A stretch of 64,000 bases of DNA from Camelus dromedarius (Eukaryota), in the NCBI RefSeq assembly GCF_036321535.1, contig NC_087436.1:27840001-27904000 (forward strand), read 5' to 3'. The notes below the pieces were generated by a model that was not told the DNA's origin, ran no database searches, and saw nothing but the letters and a program-made list of their open reading frames with translations. The position numbers and the translations under genes are program-made. This document shows positions 1-13,078 of this stretch, in pieces. Position 1 is the stretch's first letter; every line of letters starts with the position of its first letter.

Positions 1-16
1 GACACACACGCACACG

Positions 17-527
17 AATATTATTCAGTCATAGAAAAGAAGGAAATCTTATCTTTTGTGAGAATATGGATGGACCTTGAGGGCACTATGCTAAGTGAAA
101 TAATTCAGACAAAGACAAATATTATATGATCTCACTTACATGTGGGATCTAGAAAAAATGAATCCATTGAAAGAGAGAAATGATCGATGGTTGCCAGAGA
201 TGGGTGGTGGGTGGGGTGGTGAGGGGCTGTGGGAAATAGGTGGAGGTGGTCAAAAGGTACAAACTTCCAGTTAGAGAATTTAATTGTGAATATATAATAG
301 ACCACACGGTGACTATAGTTAACAATATTGTATTGTATACTGAATGTTGCTAAAAGATTAAAAAAAATTTTTACCACAAGAAAAGTAAAGGCGTTGGATG
401 TATTAACTAAACTAGTTTGGTAATTACTTCACAATATATGTATATATCAAATCATTATGTTGTACATCTTAAACTTATACAATGTAACATCAATTACATC
501 TTCATAAAGCTGGGGGACAAAAAAGAA
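17..527 (+). mobile_element. LINE-1 3' end (ORF2 tail/3'UTR, older L1M-type), 5'-truncated
   Basis: Typical L1 3' motifs ATGGATGGACCTTGAGGGCACTATGCTAAGTGAAATAA, ATGATCTCACTTACATGTGG and terminal ATAAAGCTGGGGG followed by an A-rich tail. Confidence 0.85.
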
Positions 528-899
528 TAAGGATTCCTTTCTGGAAAAAAACGGTGATAAAATACTCCATACTTCTCTGGAAAGGATAACTTCTCAGAGT
601 TCATCATAAAGAAAATAGAATATTAACAAGAGAGTTGAACTGCATATCTCATTGGTCTTTATTTTATAAATACAATTTTTTTCTATATGCAGTCATTTAC
701 CAATGATGTCATAGTCAGTCATTCTCATCGGTTGAATATTTGGGGAATTCAGCTCAATGTCTCCTTCCCAAATTCCATTCAAAATTAAACTTCCCAAAAG
801 TTATGCCATTTATATTCTATACTTTTACCCACACCATTTACTCTGCAGATTAAACTGGTATTCACCCTAGCAAATTTTCACAATGGTTTCAGGACACAG

Positions 900-1360
900 A
901 GCAAATTTTTAGCAGAACTTTCAAAGCCCTTCATGACCGATTTGGTCCTTGCATTTCTCTTCAGCCACTCTGTAGACAATTTGCCATTCTCTCTGCTTTC
1001 TGCCTCAGCTTTACTGACTTGTATTCAGCTCTGTGACAGCACATAACAGCATTTTAGTGCAGGGTTCTCACTCTCCTGGGAATGGTTTCCCTTCCTCTGA
1101 CACAGTCACCTGCCACCCGGCTACCTCCTAATTATTATTTATGTCTAAACTCACATGTTATTTTCTTTCAACTCCTTCTATAAGCCTTTCTAGCCTAAGT
1201 CAGTTGCTTTTTCTCCCTGTTCTTTGAGTAACAATTGCATATCACTGTCATAATTCTGTCTCACTTATTAAATTACTTTTTCACATGCCTATCTCTCTTG
1301 ATAGGTTGTGCATTCTTTACAGCTATGTGTTATTTTATTTACCAATATATTCCTGTTCAC
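900..1360 (+). mobile_element. Degraded LINE-2 fragment
   Basis: Pyrimidine-rich L2-like motifs (TTCAAAGCCCTTCATGA, CTCCTGGGAATGGTTTCCC, CATGCCTATCTCTC). Boundaries approximate. Confidence 0.45.
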
Positions 1361-1444
1361 ATTTAATCTGATTTCACAACACGTGTATACAACCAATTAT
1401 CACATGTGTATATGAACATGTGTTCATATGTACAAAGAGAAATA

Positions 1445-1680
1445 AGTAAGAACAGCTTCTGCATATTGAGTCCCTTGTTATACATCATGTAACTCTGTAA
1501 GCTTTTTAATATACATCCTCCAGTCTTTTAGACAGACCATGAGTTCTCTCTTTGCATTTTTATTTACAGATTAGTAAGCTGAGATAGTGAGATGCTGGGA
1601 GCTTGACCCATGACACATGGACATTTGGGATATAACCCAGGTTTGTATCTAACTGCCTGGCATCAAAATCCAAGGATAGT
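1445..1680 (-). mobile_element. MIR SINE fragment
   Basis: Antisense MIR core-like TTTACAGATTAGTAAGCTGAG...CTTGACCCATGACACATGG...CCCAGGTTTG. Confidence 0.5.
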
Positions 1681-4600
1681 GAACCAGTATAAGATATGTT
1701 TTTCATCAATAAACCAGTGACTCATTCAGATTACTGAGATCAGAAGGCACGCAATGATGAAACTCTACCATTGTCATAGCTATCACTTCAGACACGTTTG
1801 CCTTGACTTTACATTCTTTGTTCTTGGTGCTTCAATCAGGAATAAATATGAGTGTTAGAGACAGCTAGTTAATGGCTTAATAAAAGAAACAAAGTTTTGT
1901 ACATTAATGACCAGACTTGGACAATCAGTGTTTTTCACAAAACTTTCAGGGACCCAGATGTCTTCTCTAGATTATTTTGTCTTGATTTATTTGGTTTTTA
2001 TGTTCATTTTTCATGTTCTGTATTCTCAAGTTCACCTCCCTTATTAAAGCTGCTCTAGGTCCAGTGGTGTGGAGCAAATTGTATGTTAGCTGTTACATTC
2101 TTGGAAGGTACAATGTCACTTCTTTACCGTGTTCATAACCCAGTGTAACAGGGAAATCTTATATTTTGAGAAAACTTGCGGTGGTCTCTGCCTCACATGG
2201 TTTTATATGTTTTTACCTCCAAGATTTTACCTATAATTAGTAATATTAATGGCCCCAAAGTGGCTTTTGGAGACTCATAATAGTTAACTCACATAATTTT
2301 TTTATGCATCAGCCCTTGAAAAATACTATAGCGTGTGGTGTTAGAATGAGGATGAGTAAAACATGCTCCCTTTGCTCAAAGAATTTCTAATTTTGCAAAA
2401 CAAAAAGTTGAAAAATGGTAAATAAATCAAGCCATATATCAAATAAGTGATAGTGAAATAAGTGCTAAGTAGCATAACACAGGAAAACTGGATAGAATGT
2501 TTAACTTTTCCCACTCAGTCATGTTAGGTGATTCCTCATGAGTAAATCATTCTGTTTTCTATTCTCTCTTAGCCTATGCCTTTGGGAATGCTCTTCAAGC
2601 ACAATAACCACACCCTGGTACACTATATACCTTGCTGAGCATGGTTTTACTTGCTGATTCCCATCATTGAGGGCAGACGGTACACACACTTAGTCTCACT
2701 ATTCTGACGTTTGTGTTCATCCATTGGCACATGTCCCATTAGCTTTGCATCATAGAGCTGATCACAGAGCTCTATGAGGTTGTTTTTTCCTTCGTGTTCT
2801 CTTCCTTGATACTCACATCCACGTCAATACAGACTCAATCTAAACTGCAGCACTTTAGATCTAGAAAGGATTATAAAATGTCGTTTTTTTCCTCAGCTCC
2901 TTATTTTACAAATTAGGAAACAGAGACCCAGGGATTTATCCAGAAATCTAAATTAACTTTCATACTCCGAACGCAGTGTATTTTCACATTCTCCGAAAGA
3001 GTCTATTTTCTGCCTTATCTGATCTATGAACTCAAAACCTGAATTTCCAAGTATATTTAGAAAAGCTACAAATGAAGAAAGTGTAATGCACATTACATTT
3101 ATGCCTTTCTTCCATATTTGAAAGATAATTGAAATGATAATTTCAGTGCTTATAAAATTTTATTAAATGATAGATCTCTTTAAATAGAACTTATTCCTGA
3201 TAAAAAAAAAAGTGCTATTTTAGAATTCTGCAAAAAAAAGTTTGCTGGATATTCATTTATTAGGATGGACATGCTAAACTGGACAACTCTTTCAGCAGAT
3301 TTCTGGGTAGAGAAATAAGAGATAGCTGAAATTCTTATGTATGCTTAAGTTAGTTTTTTTTTTTTTTTTTTAACTTAATCTTTCAGTCCTGGGACCAACT
3401 GTGATAATATCACCTCCAATGTCTGAGTCACTTATAGAAAACTAGATCTCAGAGAGAAAATAAATTCGGATTCATTTAACATAAAACTAAATGTTCTAAA
3501 GATTTAATGATATAATTTTTATATCTATTTATTCAGCTATATTATTACTCACTATGCAAAAGTTGGCAACTGAATATTAGCAAAGTGAGAAACTGAATAT
3601 CAGCAAATTATATGTGTACATATATATATATATATAATTTTTCTGAAGGATTTAGTTTGAGAAAGGAGATAAAGTATTGGAATGGGGTTTAGGAATCCTT
3701 GAGTCTAGTACTTTCTGTAATTAACTAAATTGTCTTGGCCCACTAATGTCAACTCTATGGATATCATTTTCCTTATTTGATAATTAACTGGCCTGAACAA
3801 CTTTTCAGAGGTGCTCTGACCATGTATAACCATGATCTGTAAATGTCTACAAACTGTAATAAGGTAGATTCTAGAAGAGGAATGAATCCTGCCCCTGTCG
3901 TTTAAGGTCTGTTACTGCTGCAGATGAAAGAGGAAGAACTATCACACCTGGAGGCACACTGACCCCCCAGACATTGCTTCACAAGCTGGCAGCCATATTT
4001 CAGGGTTTGGTAATAAGCACTGGATGTCCAGAAGTTCAGTTTCATCAGCACACCTGCAGATAACAAGTCTCCTGGGAGTCTGATCTACTAATAAAACTCA
4101 CACAAAATTGATGCATGAATCAAAGGGGTGATCTATTCATCTAGAGCAAACATATAACCAATAAATTAACAATCGTATTTAGTCTAATTGGCCTATCCAA
4201 TTTTTTTCTATTGAGTTTACATGAAAAACCAAATTATTATCCAAGGCCGCTTGTTGAGTATGTAAGCAGAGCAATAAAATGTGGCAGGTTTAAAAAGGTA
4301 TACAATTACAGAGTGGAGCAAAATAGCTTCATGAGTTTGTACTTCGCAAAATATCTTTGTTGTCAGCTATGGGGGGAGATGAGAAGCCTGTGCCAGAATA
4401 TAAATTGAAATCTCAGCTAACCAAAGTAATATGGTCTAGTTGATTTAAATTATAACACAAGCTTTTGTTATTATGGTGATCCAGTGACATACTTTGCTGC
4501 CCAAACTTTAAATGGCACTAGAATAGAAGACCATCTCCCATGAAGCAACCGAGACACAATGATTATAATTTCCAATGTTATATCTGATTTTCCAGCTTTC

Positions 4601-4789
4601 CCTCTTCAAACCCTTTATCTGGTAACGTGGTCTTTCATTAAATGAAGTGCTTGGAAATTATTAGTAACATTGTTTTTATTATTATAGTCATATTCCAAGA
4701 CATACTTTCCCAGAGCAACACCAAATTAATGTAACTTAATAAAGATATTTCCTAATTTCTTCACCCTCAGTAGCAGCTGCATTAGTGTC

Positions 4790-5240
4790 CTTCCATCCCC
4801 TCTTAGTACTTAAAAGTTTTCGCAAAGGCTTCCCCCAAAGCCAACTGCCAGCATCACCACAGCGTTTTACCTCAGAGTCTTGTGTGTCCACACCAGCTCT
4901 CTCTGCCCATGCACACTGAAGAGAGGTGCTGCGTGGAAGGGCTGGAAATTAATACCCTTTGGGAACTGGCTTCAACTAATGACAGACATGAGTTGGGGGA
5001 AATTTTCATCCCATCCCTTGTTTTGATGTCATGGGTCTGTGTTTTAAATCATTTCCCTGAATTCTTCACAAGGACTGAGCTCTGTTTGCTCACAGTGCTA
5101 TCTTGTTTACCAATTTTGTTAGCTCCTTCCCTTCCTGTTTCATTTCCCTGTGCTCCCATCAGTGTTCATGAATTTCTTCCCAAATAGTCCATCTGGAGTT
5201 TATCGTTAGTCTCGCTCTTCCTCTGGGAGAACCAATATTA
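4790..5240 (+). mobile_element. Ancient ERVL LTR (LTR16-like)
   Basis: GC-elevated block with LTR16-like motifs (GGAAATTAATACCC, AACTAATGACAGACATGAG, CCCTTCCTGTTTCATTTCCC, CTCTGGGAGAACC). Family assigned from memory. Confidence 0.55.
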
Positions 5241-6534
5241 GAAAACATGAAACCCACTTAACTCACAAATAACCCACTGAGTTATTTCTATCAGTGAATA
5301 ATTTAAGACATTTTTTTTTTCCTAACTTAAAAAAACAGGAATCTTCATAATGTTGTCTATGTGCTGGCTTTAAAATCTTGTTCAGGTATAGCACATAAAG
5401 TACGAAATGACAGTTCCACATAGGATTTAGATAATCATGTTTTAGATACTCAAAGGGTAAGATCACTAGAAACAGGTGATGGAAAAACAGAGACGTTACA
5501 GACAAATTGGGACTTGATCAAGGTTTGAGCATACAAATATTTATACATACACAGTCATTTGGGAGCTGACAGACAGTTTTGATTGCAGTAAGTAGTTTGA
5601 GGAGTTTGTAGATTTGAAAAGTGAAGAAAGTACATTGCAAGAGCTATAAACAACAGACCTAGGAATAAAGCAATTTGTAAACAACACAGTACTAGGGATA
5701 GATGTTTCAATAAAGAAATTACATGTTTTAAACAATTCTGCAGTCTAGGCAGATAATTCTAGTAGCAGCATATAGCATAGGCATGACTGTGAGTAAGAAG
5801 GGAAGCTGGGTAAGACTTTATTGTCAAAACTATCGAATGGAAACATTTTTTCAAGTTACCCAGTACCTAGGCATGTCACATCCGGAGCTCAGGTACCTTT
5901 TAGGAGGCACTGATTGTGTTGGGAAAAACAGATCAGACAGACTGGGAAGTTAAGCAAAGATTACCTTCAAGCAAAAAGACATTAAGTAGGTACTAAACAG
6001 ATCCAACCGCGTGGGCATTACCCATCATCACATCTGAACAGAATACTCATAAGCTCTGAAAGTTGTTCTCATCCAGGTTAAAGGCAAAAAATAAGGAATC
6101 AGCCATGAAGGTGGTTTTGACATGTCAGGATTAAATTAGAAAAACAGAACATAATTCCAGAAGACCAGCTGTGTGAGAAAGGTAACCACCCAGGAACTCA
6201 GGCACAGGAAAGCAGACTTGCAGTAGAAGCAAGGAGATAAACGCACAACGAGACATACATGTTCACTTTAACCAGAAGAAAAGTTGAGAGCAATAGCAGA
6301 AATTTAGAAATGTAGTCCAAGATAGAGGTCAGGGATGAAAATATAATTAAATTTTATATACATGTCATTTTAAGTAAAATACATATATGTGGTTAATTGC
6401 AATATTTTATTCACTCAACAGACTTATAAAGCAGTCTGTCCCCTCCAGGGAGAGTATTATATTTTAAAGGTGAGACAGATATAAAAAATACATCATTATA
6501 CCATTTTGATAGTACTTAGCAAAGAGTTAGTAGA

Positions 6535-6744
6535 AGAAATGTGTTGAGTGATTTAAAGCTCATGCAAGAGACAAACTGTCTGGGTTTAATTCTTAGCTTT
6601 GCCAGTAGGGAAAGTTGTTACAAGTCTCTAAGCCTCTAATACTTATTTGATAACTATGGCTATTAATAGTACATGTCTAATGGGGTTTGGGGGATTTAAA
6701 TAAAACAATCTACGCAAAGTTCTTAGCATAAAGCCTAATATGTA
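6535..6744 (+). mobile_element. MIR SINE, 5' part; apparent 3' remainder at ~8818-8850
   Basis: CTGGGTTTAATTCTTAGCTTTGCCA...AATAGTACATGTCTAATGGG...AAAGTTCTTAGCATAAAGCCT. The missing MIR terminus (CAATAAATGTTAGC) appears at ~8833-8846. Confidence 0.65.
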
Positions 6745-7279
6745 TCCCCACCAGCCAGAGACCACAAGGAATCACCTATAGTGAAAGAAAGTTGGGTGTA
6801 TTAGCTTACTACAGCAGGGAGAAGGGTACCATGGGGAACCATGAGGCATCTCAGTAGGAGGGTTTAGAAGAGGCTTGTTAGAGGGTTTTAGTTTAGCAAG
6901 GGTTTAAATAAGTGAGGAGTTGTTCTAGATTGTTTGCTCCCAGGGGTGAGGTCAATTTCATGGTTGAATGTCCTAAAAATTTTTATCTAGGGGGCAAGAG
7001 GAACTAAACACATAGTTTTAGGTAATGGGATTCATTTATGCCTGGGTTTAACATAGGTAACATAGGTAGCCCAATGCATAGGAAAAGTATAGATAAAGAA
7101 GCAGCAGTGATACATGCCAGTCAAGAGAGGGGCATACATTTTCTGATTGTATTGTATCCTCCTCTTTGTGTTCAGACATGATTATTGAGTGGATCTGCTT
7201 TTGTCTTATTGCATCATAGCCACAGAGTGGCTCTACCAATTAATCTGGATTTCTTGTAAAAATTCTTTACCTTCAGTAT
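6745..7279 (-). mobile_element. Old ERV LTR fragment, family not assigned
   Basis: GAAAGTTGGGTGTATTAGCTTACTACAGCAGGGAGAAGGGTACCATGGGGAACCATGAGGCATCTCAG resembles the antisense R/U5 region of eutherian MER-type LTRs. Confidence 0.5.
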
Positions 7280-8345
7280 TGTGGAAGGTGGGCTTCTAAG
7301 ATCATTGCAAAGGATCCATGCTTCCTGCTATACATGCCCTTGGGTAATTCCCTTCCTTTGATGTGAGCTGGACCTTTAAATGAACATAATGAACTTGCCT
7401 CAAACGAATATAAATATGGCAAAAATGATGGGTTATTGCTTTTGTCGACTGAAATAAATGCGCAGCCTAAAAGTTGAGAGTTATGTTTTATTTGCTGGGA
7501 GGATTTGAGCCGGGATGACTGCCTCTCAGATCGCTCTGAGGGACGGCTCCCAAGAGGTAGGGGAGGAACTAGGATATATAGGAGCTTTACAACAAAGACC
7601 AGGTAGTTGAAACAATAAAAGATTGCTTGTTATCTAAAGAAAACCAGGCATCTCAAGTTAAAGAATTTAGTGCTTTTCTATGTATGGGAGGAAGCAAACA
7701 TTTGGGCTCATTGAATTCATTCCTTTGACAAGCCCCTAGCTATCTAGGGCCAGTATCCTGTCCTTTATTATTCTGTTTCCCCTCAGGGTGTACCATTGTG
7801 AGTGGCTGCAGAGGCTGGGCTGCAGGCTTGTCTTCGGGGGGCGGGGGTGGGCGGCAGCCGCTGATGACTTAATGGCTTCAACATTCTTTGTTTACTGATA
7901 TGGTTTGCAGTATTTTTCGTTCACACTTTCAATATTAGATTATACAGACTATGACTTTCATCTTGCTAGCACCCTTTCTCTTGTTGGCACTCTCTTGCCT
8001 TTCTTGGCTTGTTCTCTTTCAGGAAGCAAGCTATCATGTTGGAGAGGCTTGCATGGCAAGGAACTGAGGACTGTCCCTTGCCAACAGCAGGTGAGGAATT
8101 GAAGCTCTCATTCCAAGAGCCCGCAAGGAAATGAATCTTTCCCACACCCACAAGAGTGAACTTGGAAGTGTACCCTTCCCCAGTGGACGCTGAGATGATT
8201 ACATCTCTCACCAACATTTTGCTGCCTGTGAGAGACTCTGAAACAGAAGACCCAGGTGATCTGCACCTGCATTCTTGACCCACAGCAACTGTGAGGTAAT
8301 AAATATTGTTGTGTCACGCCACTGAGTTTTGGGGTAACTGATTCC
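7280..8345 (+). mobile_element. MaLR LTR (MLT1E/F-like), split by the ERV1 LTR at 7443-7925
   Basis: Starts TGTGG. Contains GCATGGCAAGGAACTGAGG and CTTGACCCACAGCAACTGTGAGGTAATAAATATTGTTGT...GCCACTGAGTTTTGGGGTAA. Sequence reads continuously across the insertion. Confidence 0.8.
7443..7925 (-). mobile_element. Young ERV1-class solo LTR (483 bp)
   Basis: TG...CA termini and a 4-bp TSD CTTT (7439-7442 / 7926-7929). Minus-strand AATAAA at 7487-7492, TATATA at 7575-7580, about 10 retained CpGs. Confidence 0.9.
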
Positions 8346-8347
8346 TA

Positions 8348-8757
8348 TATAGAAACGAATTAATTCAGCAGGCCTGGGTAGTTCAAATCTGGCATTTCCA
8401 AGAAAGGCCTGCCTTTAGGACTAGCCCTTGGCCAGCCCTGGAGACATGAACCCTGAGCCTTAGGAACAGTCTACTGATAAGACTGGTTTTGTATGCCTGA
8501 GGCAGTGAACTACCCAGTACCAATATGATCATACAGGTGATGCTAACAATGTGATTTAGGATGAATACCTGATTTTCCACTTGTGGATCTGGAGTCTAGG
8601 TAGCTGAGGTCATTCATGCAGATGCTACATGCCTTGGCTAATTTTAGTCTATATTTTTCACCATATTTGTGAGAATAACATCTTTTTTGAGTCCTGGGAG
8701 ACCTTCTAGCAAACCATTGAGCCCGAACCGAAGGTGGTCTTGGGACCCTCAGTACAG
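8348..8757 (+). mobile_element. ERVL LTR (MER77/MER68/MER21 group), internally deleted
   Basis: GAATTAATTCAGCAGGCCTG...AGAAAGGCCTGCCTTTAGGACTAGCCCTTGG, ending GGTGGTCTTGGGACCCTCAGTACA. Confidence 0.7.
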
Positions 8758-11700
8758 TTGCAGAGCAAAGCCTAGCTGGCTTTTGCCAGATGTCCTCACT
8801 TAAAAAAAATCCAAGTTTATGTAATAAATGAACAATAAATGTTAGCATGATTTTTTTGCAGGCCCAGGAGAAAACTGCCTTAAGATCCTGAAGGAGAACC
8901 TCCCTTTCCTGGCTATGACAGTCTCAGCTGATTTTCTTTCTCTCCTAACTTTACCATTTCCCTTTTATCAACAAAATATAAACACTGATTTTCAACACTG
9001 ATACCTAATGTTCTTTTAGTTACCACTAATATTTTTATAATTAGAAAATATTTCAATACCCCTTCTATCATTTTAATCCTGTGAATAAAATTTATGACTG
9101 CAAAATAGATCATTAGAACTCATTATTATTTCAGCTAGTACAATGATCTTTTCACTCTCAAAATTATTCACTGCTTGCCCATTTTAAATTTAATTTTTTT
9201 TTAACTGATGAACATAATTCTAACTTTTGCATTGATGAATATGATGGTGCCACAGATTTGTTATAAAATCACTATTTTTTAATCTTTTATTTATAAAACA
9301 AAATGAACCAAAAATTGAAGCTTTGAGCTTGCCTTTATGAAATTAGATTTAATTACTGTTGTATGTATTTATGTAAATTGATAGATAGTTGCATTTTAAA
9401 GGGAATTCTGATATATTTCACTATCCCTACTCTATTCTTGAATAAGATTACCTTAAGACTGGGTTTTTCTAGTACTATCCTGGGCACTTCTAGTACTATC
9501 TTTAAAGATGTTAAAATCTTGTATCCTAAAAATAGCAGATGTTACACGTGTTTTCTTTAGTGGGTTTTTAATTTTTTAAAAACCTCTTTAACATGCTCTC
9601 TTTTACTGACTCCTTTGAAAGACCTATTTAATTTTCATGTGGTAACTATTAAAATGCATTCAGCATTATTGGCATAAATGAATCCCATTCCCTAGTATCT
9701 AAATAGACTCATAGAATTTGAAAATATTAAAATGTAAAGAAATTTACATTTTTTTTTTCACTGAAAGAGACTTACAGGAATAAGTTACTGTTAAAATATT
9801 TTTGAAACTTATTTTATGGTAAGAAAGGAACTAAATAGATTATTTTCTTTTGCAAATGATGTTAATTTGGCTTTCTTTTGTTTGGTCTTTGATTTAAATA
9901 TTTTATTCCAAAAATTTTAACTTTATTTCATATTTTCTGTCTTTCTGTCTCTCTCTTTCTGTGTCTTTCTCTCTTACTCTCTTTCTGATTTTTGAAAATT
10001 TCTTTGCAATTTATAAAACTCTATCAATTTTATTTTCTGAAAAATTCCAGCTTCGTTGTTTGATGCATATTGCAAATAACATGGACATTATTATATGTGA
10101 TATTATAATACTTAAAATAATTATGAAAGAATTAGTAAAATTTATTGGATATTATAGAAAATGATAAACATGACAGTATAATTAAATGAGAAAAATGCAC
10201 CTCTCTGAAATGTATGATATTAATATATATTCCTATTTCAGCTAAAGTAGAAAAAATGTAATAGCATAGTGTATCTAACTAATAATGGATGGTAAAAAAA
10301 AAGCTCCCAGCAAAGGTAAAATGTATCCTCATGGTAAGCTAAATAAACAACATTTCAGAAAAAGAACACATATGTGTATATACACATGTAAGTGTATAAA
10401 TAAATACATAGACAACAAATATACATAGAAATATATATTTTTAAAGATTAGAGATATGTCAAAAGAAGTATCAAAATCATTGGGTCTTTTATATGGGATT
10501 TAGAGGTCACACAATGTTTTTATTAGGTTAGCTGCCTCTTCACCTAATTCCCTAGCACCCCCATTAGTAAAACTAGGTCTAGGCAGAAAGCTCTGATGGT
10601 CAGTAAGCTCCTTTGTTTCTGTCACTACATGTTATATCACTGCTGAACACAGAGCAAACAATCTACTAATTTCAAAGAAGTAATTATATACTTGCCAAAA
10701 CCAGATTAGCCAGAAACTAATATGACAGCAAGATTCAATTCCACATGGATTATTTATTAACCTTGTTCAAGATTTTATGGTCATGGACAGGACCTTGTAT
10801 TTACTGGAAGAGACAGTGTATTCACCACAGTGACTAAAGTGCTCAGGTGTGGGCTATAAGATATAAAATCCACAGGTGACCTGGGATCCTCAGAGATTCA
10901 GGGGAGTGTGGAACTTAAAATATGTTAGATACAAATGAAATATATATTCCTCTTGACAGCTCCTATAATTGAAGTTTGGAATCTTCAATATATAATGTAG
11001 CTATTTTTTTCTCTTAAATTTAAGTATGCTAGTTTTTTAAAATATATTAAATGTATTTGTTAATAAGCTTTACTTATTAACACACATGTGAAACAGACTT
11101 TAATAATTCTTTCCTATCTTTGAGAGATACGCACTCTAATATCTTTAAAGAGAAGTTAAACATTAAATAATTTATTTTATAACATAGTTATTTTTTAGCT
11201 GCCATGGAAACTGCCTGAAGATTTTCTAAGTAAACTATGTATCACACAGCCTGTGTATCTGACTTTCAGCCCATCTCCATTGGCCCCTTACCACATTAAA
11301 AAACAAACAAACAAACAAACAAGAAGTCTTATTGAAGTAATTAATACCAAAAGATCCTTATACAAATAAATATAATAAAAAATGAAATGCCTGTAGAAGC
11401 TGGATCTATTTCCACTATTTTATACAGAGACAAATATTGTACAAACTAAGTAACTGTTCTAAGCACAAGGACATTTGCATATCTGGTCTTATAAAATGTC
11501 AGAAATAATCAAAGAGGTACGGTCTTGAGATCATTCATCAAAGAATCAGTCTTGATATGAGGAAGGAAAAAAAGAAGTTTCGGTAACATTTCTAAAGGCC
11601 TTAATCTAACTCTCCTTTTTCATGTTCCTAAACTGAAAATAAATTCAAGCATGTATTGATTATTTCCTGATGAGAACTTCAGTTTATTATTTTAAGATAC

Positions 11701-12469
11701 ATGTAACCATTTTATAATAAGGTTGAATTATTTTCCAAAATTATATTTATTTATTTATCATTAATAAACTGTATAATTTAATGAGGACAAGAAAGCATAG
11801 ATTGGTGTGATTACATTACCTAAACTGTATAATTTATAAATCATTTTCTTCAACATTGTATGGGTGATAAAATAGTATATATATATAGTGTGTGTGTTTA
11901 TATGTATATAACTTCTTTTTAGATATTGTATTGCTAATATCTTTGTGTCTAAAATATTATTTGAGTTACATAAGTGTGTTTCACAAATATAATCCATCCT
12001 CCCCAAGAAATATCTCTTTGAAATATCTTTTTATATCACCATCTGAATAAAATATGATTTTTTAATTTTAAACCTGATACTTTTTGTACCAGATCCCACC
12101 AAAAATCCCAATTATACTTCTGCAAATCAGTTTCCTGAAATGCAATGATGATTTTTTCATGTGTGTATCTCTTAATCCAGTACAATAATTATTCATTAAT
12201 CTTCATGCATATCAATACTATTTTAATTATGTAAATTCATATTGATAAATAAGGCAATTAAATAAAATTCACCAGTGATATTTTATTAAGCTTTGATAAT
12301 GGAAAGTCTAGAACAATTTTGCTTATGCCAGGCACTGTTTTTGGTGCCCTAAGGTAGAGAAATAAACAGGGCAAAGTCTCTGTCCTCTACGTTGATGTTA
12401 AGAGTATGACTTAGTCCATGGCTTACCTAGTTGATTTAAGATATTTGAGATTTGTCTTGTTTTATGATA

Positions 12470-12895
12470 TTATTAGTGTTAGTCTACTGTACTCAGGAAA
12501 ACAGAAGCTACTCTGTGTAATCCAAGAATGGATGTGTTATTATAGGAATTCAGGGCTTACACAATTATTGAAAGACTGGGAAAGGAAAAAGTCATAGAAA
12601 TGCTCACTAAAGCTCAGGTAAAAACAGGGACGATTTCACGCTGAAACTCCAAAGAACTCACGAGGATGCATCTGTGAGCCTCATGTCCATCCACACATCT
12701 GGCAGCAACTGCCTGCAGAGAATTCTAACTTTTCTGTTCCACTGAACCCCCTGGCAAGGCTGCCATTTAAAATGGCAAACTGAGAATTCAATGGAAAAAT
12801 GGATTGGGGCAAATACAAGTTTTGGCATCCCAGGAATAATGCAGAGGAGGTTTTTAAAAGTGGTGGCAGGATGTCAAGTTAACAACAGACAATTA
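12470..12895 (-). mobile_element. Possible very old MaLR/ERVL LTR
   Basis: CTCAGGAAAACAGAAGCTACTCTG...TATAGGAATT-like start and elevated GC. Highly diverged. Confidence 0.35.
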
Positions 12896-12919
12896 GGGCA
12901 CCTAATTCACCTGTGCTCC

Positions 12920-13078
12920 ACCATGGGATTGGTATTTCTCTCTTACAGAAGTAGAAGCAGAGATCCAAAGACATTGTATACTTGCCTACCTCCACCAGAT
13001 ATTAAGTAACAGAGCTGGATTTGAACCCAGCTCTGCCTGACTGTCATAGCTCTGCCTTGTTTCAGCCACTGAGCATAT
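12920..13078 (-). mobile_element. MIR SINE fragment
   Basis: TAAGTAACAGAGCTGGATTTGAACCCAGCTCTGCCTGACT matches the antisense MIR B-box region. Confidence 0.7.

Noticed and set aside
1406..1434. Short hairpin ATATGAACA-TG-TGTTCATAT
   Set aside because: Low-complexity purine/pyrimidine alternation, too short for a miRNA or MITE call.
3880..3945. Strong minus-strand acceptor (ttcttcctctttcatctgcag)
   Set aside because: No convincing donor downstream; the sequence runs into MIR-like repeat.
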